Of a stretch of 64,000 nucleotides of DNA, positions 1 through 8,580 are shown piece by piece. Source of the DNA: an uncultured Gemmatimonadaceae bacterium (lineage in GTDB: Bacteria > Gemmatimonadota > Gemmatimonadetes > Gemmatimonadales > Gemmatimonadaceae); assembly GCA_963790305.1 (NCBI GenBank), contig CAWBOC010000005.1, positions 64,001-128,000 of the forward strand. Direction: 5' to 3'. A program made the position numbers and the translations under genes. The notes beneath the pieces are model-generated. The model was not told the origin of the DNA and ran no database searches. It worked only from the letters and a program-made list of their open reading frames with translations. Position 1 is the stretch's first letter. Every line of letters starts with the position of its first letter.

Positions 1-72
1 ACGCTGCGTTTCGTCGTTCCGCCGCTGCCGCCGGGCGCCGAGCGGTCGTGGAGATTTGCGATTTCCAACTAG
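1..72 (+). CDS. 3' end of a CDS entering from the left edge (...PPGAERSWRFAISN*)
   Basis: Open frame 1 ending in TAG at 70-72, immediately followed by a repeat element. Confidence 0.5.
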   Translation, partial: TLRFVVPPLPPGAERSWRFAISN

Positions 73-191
73 GAGCTAGGAGTCAGGGGTCAGAGGGTGT
101 CAGGGAAGAGGTTTCAGGAGTCGCGAGAGCCGTTCGCCTCGAACCTTCAACCTGACACCCCCTGACCCCCTGACTCCCGACTCCTGACCCC
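73..191. repeat. Palindromic element family A (GGAGTCA/GGGGTCA heptamer arm ... TGACCCC/TGACTCC arm), copy A1
   Basis: Left arm ggagtcaggggtcagagggtgtcagg; right arm cctgacaccccctgaccccctgactcccgactcctgacccc. Confidence 0.9.
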
Positions 192-235
192 TCGTTCTTC
201 GTGAGACGGTGCGGGGAATGCGTAACGTCTGAAGC

Positions 236-1219
236 ATGACCGCCATTCGTCCCGTCGCGCGCGGGCCCCATATCGAGACCCCGGAGGAAGCGCAGGAGCG
301 GCTGCGGCGGGAGGTTCACGCCGGGCTTCGCGCGAATCCGAAGACGCTGCCGCCAAAGCTCTTTTACGATGACACCGGTGCGCGCCTGTTCGAGGAGATC
401 ACCAAGCTCGACGAGTATTATGTCACGCGCACCGAGCGCGAGATCATGCAGGCACACGCGGCGGAGATGGCGGCGCTCATCGGGCCGAATGCGCTTGTCA
501 TCGAGCCGGGAAGTGGCGAGGCGCTCAAAGTTCGCGTGCTGCTCGATCATCTCGAGAGTCCGGCCGCTTACGTGCCCATCGACATTTCGGCGGAGCAGCT
601 CGCCCGCGTCGCGCGCGAGCTCACTGAGGAATACCCGACCCTGGACGTCATCCCGCTCGAGGCCGACTTCACCCGCGGGCTATGTCTTCCCGACCTGCCC
701 GACACGACACGCCGTGCACGACGGGTCGCGTTCTTTCCCGGCTCGACGATCGGCAATCTCCATCCTCCGCAGGCAGTCGCGCTTCTCCGCGAGATCGCAC
801 GCGTCGTTGGGTCCGGCGGGGGACTGCTGCTCGGCGTCGACCTGCGAAAGGACCCTACCATCCTCCATGCGGCGTACAACGACGCGAGACGCGTCACCGC
901 CGCATTCAACAAGAACGCGCTGGTACGGCTCAACCGTGAGTTCGGTGCGACCTTCGACGTCGATCGTTTTCGGCACTACGCGTACTACAATCCGGTCGCG
1001 AATCGGGTCGAGATGCATCTCGTCAGCCTCGAGACGCATGAGGCAGAGGTCGATGGCGAGCGTTTCCTCTTCGAGCAGGGGGAGCCGATCTGGACGGAGT
1101 CGTCCTACAAGTATTCCCCCGCCGAGCTCGAGGGCTGTGCGCGCGAAGCTGGTCTGGTACTGCGGAAGAGGTGGCACGACCGACGCCGCTGGTTCATGGT
1201 GGCGTTCTTTGAGACATAG
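236..1219 (+). CDS. egtD: L-histidine N-alpha-methyltransferase (ergothioneine pathway)
   Basis: Motifs PKTLPPKLFYD, LFEEITKLDEYYVTRTE, EPGSG, FFPGSTIGN, AYND..VTAAFNKN, IWTESSYKY. Confidence 0.92.
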   Translation: MTAIRPVARGPHIETPEEAQERLRREVHAGLRANPKTLPPKLFYDDTGARLFEEITKLDEYYVTRTEREIMQAHAAEMAALIGPNALVIEPGSGEALKVRVLLDHLESPAAYVPIDISAEQLARVARELTEEYPTLDVIPLEADFTRGLCLPDLPDTTRRARRVAFFPGSTIGNLHPPQAVALLREIARVVGSGGGLLLGVDLRKDPTILHAAYNDARRVTAAFNKNALVRLNREFGATFDVDRFRHYAYYNPVANRVEMHLVSLETHEAEVDGERFLFEQGEPIWTESSYKYSPAELEGCAREAGLVLRKRWHDRRRWFMVAFFET

Positions 1220-1317
1220 GGGTGTCAGGGAAGAGGTTTCAGGAGTCGCGCGAGCCGTTCTCCTCCAACCTTCCCCCTGACACCCCCTGATTCCTGACCC
1301 CTGACTCCTGATCCCTA
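1219..1317. repeat. Family A element copy A2; 1220-1290 is a direct repeat of 95-165
   Basis: 66/71 identity by manual alignment; lies between convergent stop codons. Confidence 0.9.
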
Positions 1318-1845
1318 GTCTATCCGTGCCTTCCGCACGACGCTCCAGCTGCCGTTCCGCCTTACGAGCTGGTAGGCCTGCTCGATCCGGAACCGATTGT
1401 GCTCGCCGGTCGCTGGCGTGTCGTACCGATCCGCCAGCAGGTGAGTCTGCACGGAGTCGCCGGCCATCGCGAACACCTCCGAGAAGCGCACGACATAGCC
1501 GGGGAGGTCCGCTCGGCACACCGGCGTTCGCGTAGGAGCTCGCCGCTCCGGGCTGCACTCCCCTTTGGTGACGCCGGTGCCGCGCAGGGCGGCGCGCACG
1601 TCGGTACCTAACGCGTCGCCGGGGCCCTCGCCACCCACGCGGCTGAGCATCGTCGTGTCGACGAGAAGCGACAGCCCGGGATCGAGATCGAAGGCCCCTC
1701 CGAGCGAGGCGGCGTAGATCTTCGCCCGCTCAGTCGCCGATAGCTGTGCGACCACAAGACCGCGCCCGCGCGCGTAGCTCGCGTCCTTGGCGCAGCCGAG
1801 GACGAGCACGAGAAGAAGAACCTTTCGAAACGAGGGTGAGCTCAT
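1315..1845 (-). CDS. Hypothetical lipoprotein
   Basis: Lipobox-like VLG-C after a hydrophobic stretch; fills the gap between genes. Confidence 0.65.
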   Translation of the reverse strand: MSSPSFRKVLLLVLVLGCAKDASYARGRGLVVAQLSATERAKIYAASLGGAFDLDPGLSLLVDTTMLSRVGGEGPGDALGTDVRAALRGTGVTKGECSPERRAPTRTPVCRADLPGYVVRFSEVFAMAGDSVQTHLLADRYDTPATGEHNRFRIEQAYQLVRRNGSWSVVRKARID

Positions 1846-1901
1846 CTAGGATTCGACGACCGAGCGGCTGGCAGGGTCAACTACAACTGCGTACTCCTCA
1901 A

Positions 1902-2601
1902 ATGCCAATAGCTCTCATCACCGGTGCCACGCGGGGGCTTGGGCGCGCGCTTGCCTTCGACTTCGCGCGCGCGGGATACGTGGTCTACGGCACGGGGCGG
2001 AACGAGACATCGCTTGCCACGCTCGCCACGGAGGCCAATGACGCGAAGCTCAACATCCGCCCCCTCCGCTCAAATGCCGCTACCGAAGAGGGGGCCGAGG
2101 CGATCCTCGAGCGACTCGAATCAGAATGCAGCACGCCTCGACGTCGTGATCCATAATGCCGGTGCGCTCGGCGACCGCGTCGAGTTGGCGAAGTACCCGC
2201 TCGACACGTGGGACGAGGTAATTGCTACGAACGTCCGCGGTCCCTTTCTCCTTACGCAACGGCTGCTGCCAACGCTCGCGCCCAACGCCGCGGTGATCTT
2301 CGTCTCGAGCGGTATCGTCGAGCAGGCGCGGCCGCGGTGGGGTGCGTACTACGTCTCGAAAGTGGCCGTCGACGCCGTCGCCGCAACCTATGCCGTCGAG
2401 CTGAAGGCACAGGGAATCCGAGTGTTCATCGTCAATCCGGGCCCGCTTCGCACGGAGATGCGCGCCGACGCGTTCCCGAGCGAAGACCCGAAGTCAGTCC
2501 CAGCCCCGGAGGACCGCACCGGCGTGTTCCTGTGGCTCGCGCGTAAGGCGGCGATCGAGCTCACGGGGAAGAGGTACGAGGCGGAGGAATTCCGGGGTTG
2601 A
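1902..2601 (+). CDS. SDR oxidoreductase (YciK-like), frameshifted near 2120-2130
   Basis: TGATRGLG in one frame; HNAG, YYVSK and NPGPLRTEMRADAFPSED in another frame. Confidence 0.8.
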
Positions 2602-2602
2602 G

Positions 2603-2743
2603 TTCTTGGCGCCACGAGCCGGACTGCTATCACCACAGAGGCACAGGGGCACAGAGAAGGGCGAACTACTGCAGCACTAGTTCGCCCTTCTCTGTGCCCT
2701 CTGTGCCTCTGTGGTGATAGCAGTCCGGCTCGTGGCGCAAGAA
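2603..2743. repeat. Palindromic element family B (ACCACAGAGGCACAGAGGGCACAGAG arms), about 65-bp near-perfect stem, copy B1
   Basis: Left half is the reverse complement of the right half apart from about 2 bulges; between convergent genes. Confidence 0.92.
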
Positions 2744-2746
2744 GCG

Positions 2747-3595
2747 CTACTCAATGTTCCCCAACGCCCACGCCGCCATCCGCCGCACTTCCGGATCACG
2801 GTCCTCACGAAGCAACGCCGTGAGCGCCGGGATTGCGGCCGGGTCCTCGATCTCGCCCAGGGCCCACGCCGCGTTGATACGCACTAGTGGCTCCGCGTCC
2901 TTCAACGTGCGCTCGAGCGCGGGGATCGCGCGCGAATCCTCGATCTCGCCGAGCGCCCACGCCGCCGCAGCGCGGACCGAGGACTCCCGGTCTTCCAGCG
3001 CGCGCGTCAGCGGATCGATCGTGCTCGGATTCTCGGCGAAGCGCAATCCGACCGCGGCTGCCTCACGAGTTATCGGGTTCTCGTCGCGCAGCGCCGTGAC
3101 CAGCGTCTGGACGGCCGCGTCCTGCTGCGTGCGTCCGAGGAGGGGCGCGACGAATCGGCGAACGCAGGGATCAGGATCCCCGAGCGCGGCGCGCAACGGG
3201 GCGATCACTTCCCGTCCCTTCGGCGAGCTCGCCGCGAAGCGCACCAGGTCCATGTCCCCAGCGCTGCGCGCACGCAGCGGCGTCGCCGGACCAACGTACT
3301 GCCAGTTGCCGTTCCACATTGCGCCGCGCGAAGCGAGCTCGCAGAGAATCGGGTTGGCATTGCGCACCGCGGCGATGAGTGCCGCCACGTTCTCCGCATC
3401 GTCCTGCGACGCCGCCGCCGTCGCACGCATCGGCGTGCCTTGATCCGGCGTCACGATCTCGTCCACGACCACGAGCGCTTCACCCATGATCACGGACCGC
3501 GCGGCCCGCGGAGCCACCGCGACGGCAATGGCGCCGGCACTAATGACCAGCGCCGCGACGACCAGCGGCGTGGCCGCTCCAGTTCGCGTTCTCAT
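2747..3595 (-). CDS. HEAT/PBS-lyase-like repeat protein with N-terminal membrane/signal segment
   Basis: Repeated VR..AAWALGEIED units. Confidence 0.85.
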   Translation of the reverse strand: MRTRTGAATPLVVAALVISAGAIAVAVAPRAARSVIMGEALVVVDEIVTPDQGTPMRATAAASQDDAENVAALIAAVRNANPILCELASRGAMWNGNWQYVGPATPLRARSAGDMDLVRFAASSPKGREVIAPLRAALGDPDPCVRRFVAPLLGRTQQDAAVQTLVTALRDENPITREAAAVGLRFAENPSTIDPLTRALEDRESSVRAAAAWALGEIEDSRAIPALERTLKDAEPLVRINAAWALGEIEDPAAIPALTALLREDRDPEVRRMAAWALGNIE

Positions 3596-6049
3596 TTACC
3601 GTTTCCCCAATGCCTGGGCCGCGATTTTCCGCACTTCCGGATCCGCATCCTTCAGCAGCTCCACCAGCACTTCGACGGCGGCCGAATCCTCGATCTCCGA
3701 GAGTGCGTGCACCGCGGCGTAGCGCAGCGCATTGTCCTGTCCACGCGCCAGCACGGCCAGTACGCCGACAGCTGCCGGATCACCGATCTCGCCAAGCGCG
3801 TGCGCCGCGATCTTCCGAACTTCACGATCCTGGTCACGCGTGGCTTCGATCAGCGCCGGCGGCGCCTCACCGCTGAGGTCGATCTCTCCCAGCGCCCACG
3901 CCGCCTTCCGGCGAACGCCGACGTTCGCGTCCGACAGCGCCTTCGACAGAGCGGCGACCGCCGTCGCATCCTCGATCTCGCCAAGAGCCCATACCGCCGT
4001 CTCGCGCACCTTGGGATCGCGATCCCCGATTGCTGCCGCCAGGGCCTCGACCGCGCGTGGGCTCTCGATCTCGCCTAACGCCCACGCAGCCTGGTGCCGA
4101 ATTTCGGCGTTCTCGTCCTTCAGGAAGGGCAACAGGTGCGGCACGCCATTGGGTGACTCGATCTCGCCCAGCGCCCACACGGCCGTCTTGCGCACCTCGG
4201 GGCTGGAATCCTTGAGCGCGGCGCCCAGCGCTTCGACGGCGGTGGCGCTCTCGATCTCGCCTAACGCCCAGGCGGCCATCCGCCGAACTTCCTCATCTTT
4301 ATCGGAACGAAGGGCATCCGAGAGCGCCGGCACACCGGCCGCGTCCTCGATCTCACCGAGCGCCCACGCCGCCATGCGACGCACTTCGACGCTCTCGTCC
4401 GACCGCAGCGCCCGACTCAGCGCTTCGACGGCGCGCGGATCCTCGATACCGCCCAGGCCCTCGGCGGCCGCGAGCCGAACGAGCGGGTCCGCATCACTCA
4501 GCGCCGCTGACAATCCGGCCACGGCGCGCTCGCTGACACGCGAGTCCTGCTTATCCTGCCTGTCCTGGTGTTGCTGCCTCGACTGCTCGCGCGACATCGG
4601 CGCCGGCGGCTGTGGGGGCTGCGGAACTTGCTCGGCCTCCGGAGCCTGAATCTCAAAACGGAACGCCATGTCGCTCGCGTAGTTTTCCGCGACGTTCTTC
4701 GCCGTCTCGAGACTCGCGGTCACGTTGCCGACGATCTCGTTCCTCAGTGAGCCAAGATCCACGCCGAGGTTTTCGAACGCCGACTTCACGGTCTCGGCTA
4801 CGCCCAGGCCTTCGCCTTCGCCTTCGCCGACGCCGATTCCGGTGCCTTCCCCGCTACCCGTGCCCTCATCGTAGGCGACCGTTTCCTCGGCAGCCGCATC
4901 GTTCGCATCGCTGACCGGGGCGGGCGCCATCGCCGCCAGGGGCATCGCGATCGCCGCCACGAACACCGCGACCGCCAACGAGCGGACACGCGACGGCGCG
5001 CGCCGCGGGCTGATCGGATCGAGGATCGCGAGCAGGCGTCCTTCGAAGTCCGACCGCTGTGCCATTGGCAACGCCACCGCCGGCGACCGCGAGGTCCCCG
5101 CGTTGCGCACGATGTCGAGCAAGTCATCGGCGTACGTGGATGCCGTCATCCCGGAGCGAATCACGAGATCGTCGCAAGCACGCTCGCACTCGTCCCGCAG
5201 CTTGCGCGCGGCGCGCCACACGAGCGGATTCATCCAATGCAACGCGCACGCAATGCGTGACACGAGGCATGTCGCCACGTCATTCCGACGGACGTGCGCC
5301 AGCTCGTGCACGAGGACGGTAAGGCGGCGCTCCTCGCTCCACGACGTCGCCACCGGCGGCATGACGATCGTTGGGCGCAGAATGCCCAGCGTCACCGGCA
5401 TGCCGACGTCGGTGCTTTCATAGAGACGGACGGTGCCGCTTACGCCCGCCATCTCCTGCGCATCGCTCAACAGCTGACGCCACGACGGGTCGCGGACCGG
5501 CACTGCCCGGCTGACGAGCATGCGCGCCGAGATCGCCCCGATCGCGAGACGCACCAGCAACGCGATGGCAATGATGATCCACAGGGTGACGAAGCCTTCC
5601 GCTGGCGAAATCGCCGCGACCGTAGCGACCGTGCACCGCGAGAACAGCGGGCAGGCTTCGGCTGCGGGAAGCGCCGGATCGCTCGTGCCCGACACCAGGC
5701 GTGCCGCGAGCTCCTCGGCATTGGGAAGCGCCGCGTCATTGCTGGCGAAGACGGCGCGCTTGGGCCGCCTCGTCTCTGTATTCTCCTCAGGGGATGCGGC
5801 CGGCGCCGGCGGCGGCGTCACCTGCTCCACCGCTGGCGCGGGAACGGGCACCACCTCGAGACGGGGCAGCACCGCCGAGAGGACGGGAAGCGCGATGAGC
5901 ACCACGATGCCCGCGGCCCACGCGACATGCCGCGTCGCGGCCGAGGCGCCACGCATGAGTCGCGTGACAACGAAAATCGCGATGAGGAGCAGGGCGCCCT
6001 TTGCGCCCGTGTCGATCATCGTCGGGATCCAGCTCACGAAGCGCTCCAT
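3596..6049 (-). CDS. M56 (BlaR1/MecR1-like) membrane metallopeptidase with C-terminal HEAT repeats
   Basis: TM helices, HELAHVRRND, WMNPLVW, ERACDD motifs; about 10 AAWALGEIE-type repeats. Confidence 0.9.
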   Translation of the reverse strand: MERFVSWIPTMIDTGAKGALLLIAIFVVTRLMRGASAATRHVAWAAGIVVLIALPVLSAVLPRLEVVPVPAPAVEQVTPPPAPAASPEENTETRRPKRAVFASNDAALPNAEELAARLVSGTSDPALPAAEACPLFSRCTVATVAAISPAEGFVTLWIIIAIALLVRLAIGAISARMLVSRAVPVRDPSWRQLLSDAQEMAGVSGTVRLYESTDVGMPVTLGILRPTIVMPPVATSWSEERRLTVLVHELAHVRRNDVATCLVSRIACALHWMNPLVWRAARKLRDECERACDDLVIRSGMTASTYADDLLDIVRNAGTSRSPAVALPMAQRSDFEGRLLAILDPISPRRAPSRVRSLAVAVFVAAIAMPLAAMAPAPVSDANDAAAEETVAYDEGTGSGEGTGIGVGEGEGEGLGVAETVKSAFENLGVDLGSLRNEIVGNVTASLETAKNVAENYASDMAFRFEIQAPEAEQVPQPPQPPAPMSREQSRQQHQDRQDKQDSRVSERAVAGLSAALSDADPLVRLAAAEGLGGIEDPRAVEALSRALRSDESVEVRRMAAWALGEIEDAAGVPALSDALRSDKDEEVRRMAAWALGEIESATAVEALGAALKDSSPEVRKTAVWALGEIESPNGVPHLLPFLKDENAEIRHQAAWALGEIESPRAVEALAAAIGDRDPKVRETAVWALGEIEDATAVAALSKALSDANVGVRRKAAWALGEIDLSGEAPPALIEATRDQDREVRKIAAHALGEIGDPAAVGVLAVLARGQDNALRYAAVHALSEIEDSAAVEVLVELLKDADPEVRKIAAQALGKR

Positions 6050-6050
6050 T

Positions 6051-6437
6051 TTACCGTCCCTCCTTCTTGGCCTTACCGATCCGATCCGAGAGCCGCTCGA
6101 GTTCGGCGGGGGTGAGATTGGCGTCAGACATCTGCACGAGGGCTACGAGCGCCTGCTCGGCAGACCCATCGAAGAACGTGTGCACGAGATGCTTGAGCGC
6201 GGCGAACCCCGCTTTGTGGGTCGGGATCGCCGGCAGATAGACATAACGGGGCCCGTCCTGTTTGTGCTTCACGAGGCCCTTGTCCTCCAGGACGCGAAGC
6301 GTGGCGCGCACCGCCGAGTAGCTGGGCGGGTCGGGCATCCGCTCAATGACTTCGTTGACGGTGGCCTCACCGCTCTGGTAGAGCGCGTCCATAATCTCGC
6401 GCTCTCGGCGGGGCAGCTTGGTTTGAGGCAGGATCAT
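6051..6437 (-). CDS. BlaI/MecI/CopY family repressor
   Basis: RREREIMDALY, SYSAVRATLRVLEDKG, TFFDGS; adjacent to the M56 gene. Confidence 0.92.
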   Translation of the reverse strand: MILPQTKLPRREREIMDALYQSGEATVNEVIERMPDPPSYSAVRATLRVLEDKGLVKHKQDGPRYVYLPAIPTHKAGFAALKHLVHTFFDGSAEQALVALVQMSDANLTPAELERLSDRIGKAKKEGR

Positions 6438-6459
6438 GAGGAATCCGGGGCTGTGGAAA

Positions 6460-6514
6460 TGCTAGATATCTAGCAGGCTGCTAGCTATCTAGCAGGGGCC
6501 TGATTCCTAGTCAA
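6460..6514 (-). promoter_or_regulatory. Tandem operator palindromes TGCTAG-N4-CTAGCA (6460-6475, 6479-6494) overlapping a putative blaI promoter (-35 TTGACT at 6514-6509)
   Basis: TGCTAGATATCTAGCA is a perfect palindrome; a second copy starts 19 bp away; TTGACT-N17-TAGATA on the minus strand. Confidence 0.7.
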
Positions 6515-6534
6515 GTAAGACTTGTGTAAACCGA

Positions 6535-6566
6535 GGGGTCAGGAGTCAGGAGTCAGGGATCAGGGG
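6535..6566. repeat. Family A left arm upstream of the four-helix-bundle gene
   Basis: ggggtcaggagtcaggagtcagggatcagggg. Confidence 0.9.
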
Positions 6567-6643
6567 GTTGGAGGTGAATGGGATCGGTCCCGTCGAGTGG
6601 GAGAGATCGCTTACCCTGAACCCGTCCCTGATCCCATTCCCTC

Positions 6644-7036
6644 GTGATCCGCAGCTATCGCGACCTTCACGTCTGGCAGCTCGGGATCCGCCTGGTCATC
6701 GAGTCCTACAAGGTAGGACAGCAGCTGCCAGCGGATGAGCGCTTTGGCCTAACAGCTCAAATCCGAAGGGCCGCTATATCCGTACCAGCCAACATCGCCG
6801 AGGGTCACGGGCGCTCGTCGCGCGGAGACTATCGCCACCACGTCTGGATCGCCGCCGGCTCGCTTCGGGAACTCGAGACCCTTTTCGAGATCCTCATCGT
6901 GCTGAAATACCTCGACGCGAAATCACTGGAGAGGGTAAGAGGGCTCTGCGATGAGCTCGGCCGCATGCTGACACGACTCGCCAAGCGCCTCGAATCACCA
7001 GCTCCCCGCCGTTCCCTACAACCCCCTGATCCCTGA
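6644..7036 (+). CDS. Four helix bundle protein (TIGR02436 / 23S-rRNA-IVS / Avd-like family)
   Basis: SYRDLHVWQ, ERFGLTAQIRRAAISVPANIAEG, IAAGSLRELET signature motifs. Confidence 0.93.
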   Translation: MIRSYRDLHVWQLGIRLVIESYKVGQQLPADERFGLTAQIRRAAISVPANIAEGHGRSSRGDYRHHVWIAAGSLRELETLFEILIVLKYLDAKSLERVRGLCDELGRMLTRLAKRLESPAPRRSLQPPDP

Positions 7037-7057
7037 CCCCTGACTCCTGACACCTAG
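7023..7057. repeat. Family A right arm; supplies the stop codon of the four-helix-bundle gene
   Basis: cccctgatccctgacccctgactcctgacacctag. Confidence 0.9.
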
Positions 7058-8545
7058 TCAAATGCGCCCAAACCTCACCCCCGACACCTCCACGGCGACC
7101 GCGCGATTGCCGTCGAACTCAAAACGCGCCACGCTCCCCGACCCCGTGAGCTCCACCCGAAGCGCATTCTGCGCACCATCAAAAACCTCCACCGCGCTCC
7201 ACGCCTCGCCGGCGCGTGCCTCGAGCTTGCCGTTCACGACGCTGAACACGAGACGCCCGTAGAGCTCGTTCTCGTACGTACCCGCATACGCCTCCAGCGG
7301 GAAGGGCAGCGTTTGCGGACGTGCAGCGCGCCGCGCGCGGTCGGTTGCCACACGCTCACGGAACCCTTCGGCCTCGGTTCGAAGACGCGCGAGCGAGTCG
7401 GCGGAGAATCCCGCTCCATTAATGAGCCGCGAGTATACCGCGCGCGCGGCGAGCTCGGCCAGCGCCGAGCCGGTTCCGTTCTCGTTCGTCATGACGATCA
7501 CGCCGATCCGTCGCTGGGGCATGAACGACATGCTGGTGCTGAATCCGAGGAAGCCGCCGCCGTGCGTAAGAACCGTATCGGTACCGAGCGTGCCGATCTG
7601 CCATCCAAATCCGTAGCCGTTGAGCAACAGCCCACGAGCGTTTGCGCGGACAGTCGCCTGCCGCCGGTGCGTCTCGGCGATCGCGCTCGCCGGGAAGACG
7701 CGGCGGCCGTCGACGACACCGCCGTTGATGTGCGCCTCCAGCCAGCGTGCCATGTCCACGGCGCTGGAGACGAGACCTCCTGCCGCCTGCATGTTCGCAT
7801 CACCCTTGCTGTACGGGGCGCGCGCGAAGCCCGTCGGCTCCCGGCGATAGGGCTGCGCCAGCCGCTCACGCGGCATGCGAGAGACGTACGCGCTCGTGCT
7901 CGTCATGCCTAACGGCTGAAAGATCGTACGCTGCAGGACGTCCCGCCAGCTTGCGCCGGTCGTCGCGTCCATGGCAAGCGCGGCGATGTTGTAGCCGATG
8001 TTGCCGTAGACGTAGTCCCGTCCGGTCTTGGCGGCCGGGTGCGAGGGGAGGAGCGCGACGAGCCGGTCGTTCGTATGCTCGCCGCTGAAGGCGGTGCGAA
8101 AGACGATCGGCCCATCGTTGTCGATGCCGTGCGTGTGCGAGAGCAGCGACCGCAGCGTGATGGAGTCGGGGCTGAGCGGCGCCTGGAGCTTCGCCGCGGG
8201 CAGGTAGCGGCTGAGCGGCGCGTCGAGATCGAGACGGCCCTGTTCATCGAGCAACACGGCGGCGAGCCCGGTGAACGATTTGGTCGTCGAGGCGATGTAG
8301 AAGATCGTCTCCGGCGTGACCGGGCGTTGCGCCTCGACGTCGGCCCACCCGAAGCCCTTCGCGTAGATGACCTGTGTGTCGCGCACGACCGCGATCGACA
8401 TCCCCGGTGCGAGGTCGAGGGCGAAGAGCGCGGTGAGCGTGGAGTCGAGAGCAGCGGTCGTCGACGTGGTCGAGGTCGTCGAGGGAGTCGAGTACTGCGT
8501 GCCGGCGCAGCCGAGCACGAGCGAGAGGAAAGCCAGGCGAATCAT
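7058..8545 (-). CDS. Serine hydrolase, beta-lactamase class C-like, with C-terminal DUF3471-like domain
   Basis: FYIASTTKS (SxxK), YGN, HGG motifs; YAGTYENELYG; lipoprotein signal. Confidence 0.88.
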   Translation of the reverse strand: MIRLAFLSLVLGCAGTQYSTPSTTSTTSTTAALDSTLTALFALDLAPGMSIAVVRDTQVIYAKGFGWADVEAQRPVTPETIFYIASTTKSFTGLAAVLLDEQGRLDLDAPLSRYLPAAKLQAPLSPDSITLRSLLSHTHGIDNDGPIVFRTAFSGEHTNDRLVALLPSHPAAKTGRDYVYGNIGYNIAALAMDATTGASWRDVLQRTIFQPLGMTSTSAYVSRMPRERLAQPYRREPTGFARAPYSKGDANMQAAGGLVSSAVDMARWLEAHINGGVVDGRRVFPASAIAETHRRQATVRANARGLLLNGYGFGWQIGTLGTDTVLTHGGGFLGFSTSMSFMPQRRIGVIVMTNENGTGSALAELAARAVYSRLINGAGFSADSLARLRTEAEGFRERVATDRARRAARPQTLPFPLEAYAGTYENELYGRLVFSVVNGKLEARAGEAWSAVEVFDGAQNALRVELTGSGSVARFEFDGNRAVAVEVSGVRFGRI

Positions 8546-8580
8546 CGGAGCACCGGGATAGGGAAGCTAAAAGCTGCCGA

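Noticed and set aside
3600..4500. ~93-bp DNA repeats (tcgatctcgcc.agcgccca)
   Set aside because: Explained by HEAT protein repeats
6570..6640. 13-codon uORF (6578-6619) and gaatgggatc/gatcccattc hairpin before the four-helix-bundle gene
   Set aside because: SD spacing is too short and there is no independent support for a regulatory role
6644..7036. Diversity-generating retroelement or rRNA intervening sequence
   Set aside because: No reverse transcriptase, TR/VR pair or rRNA gene in the window
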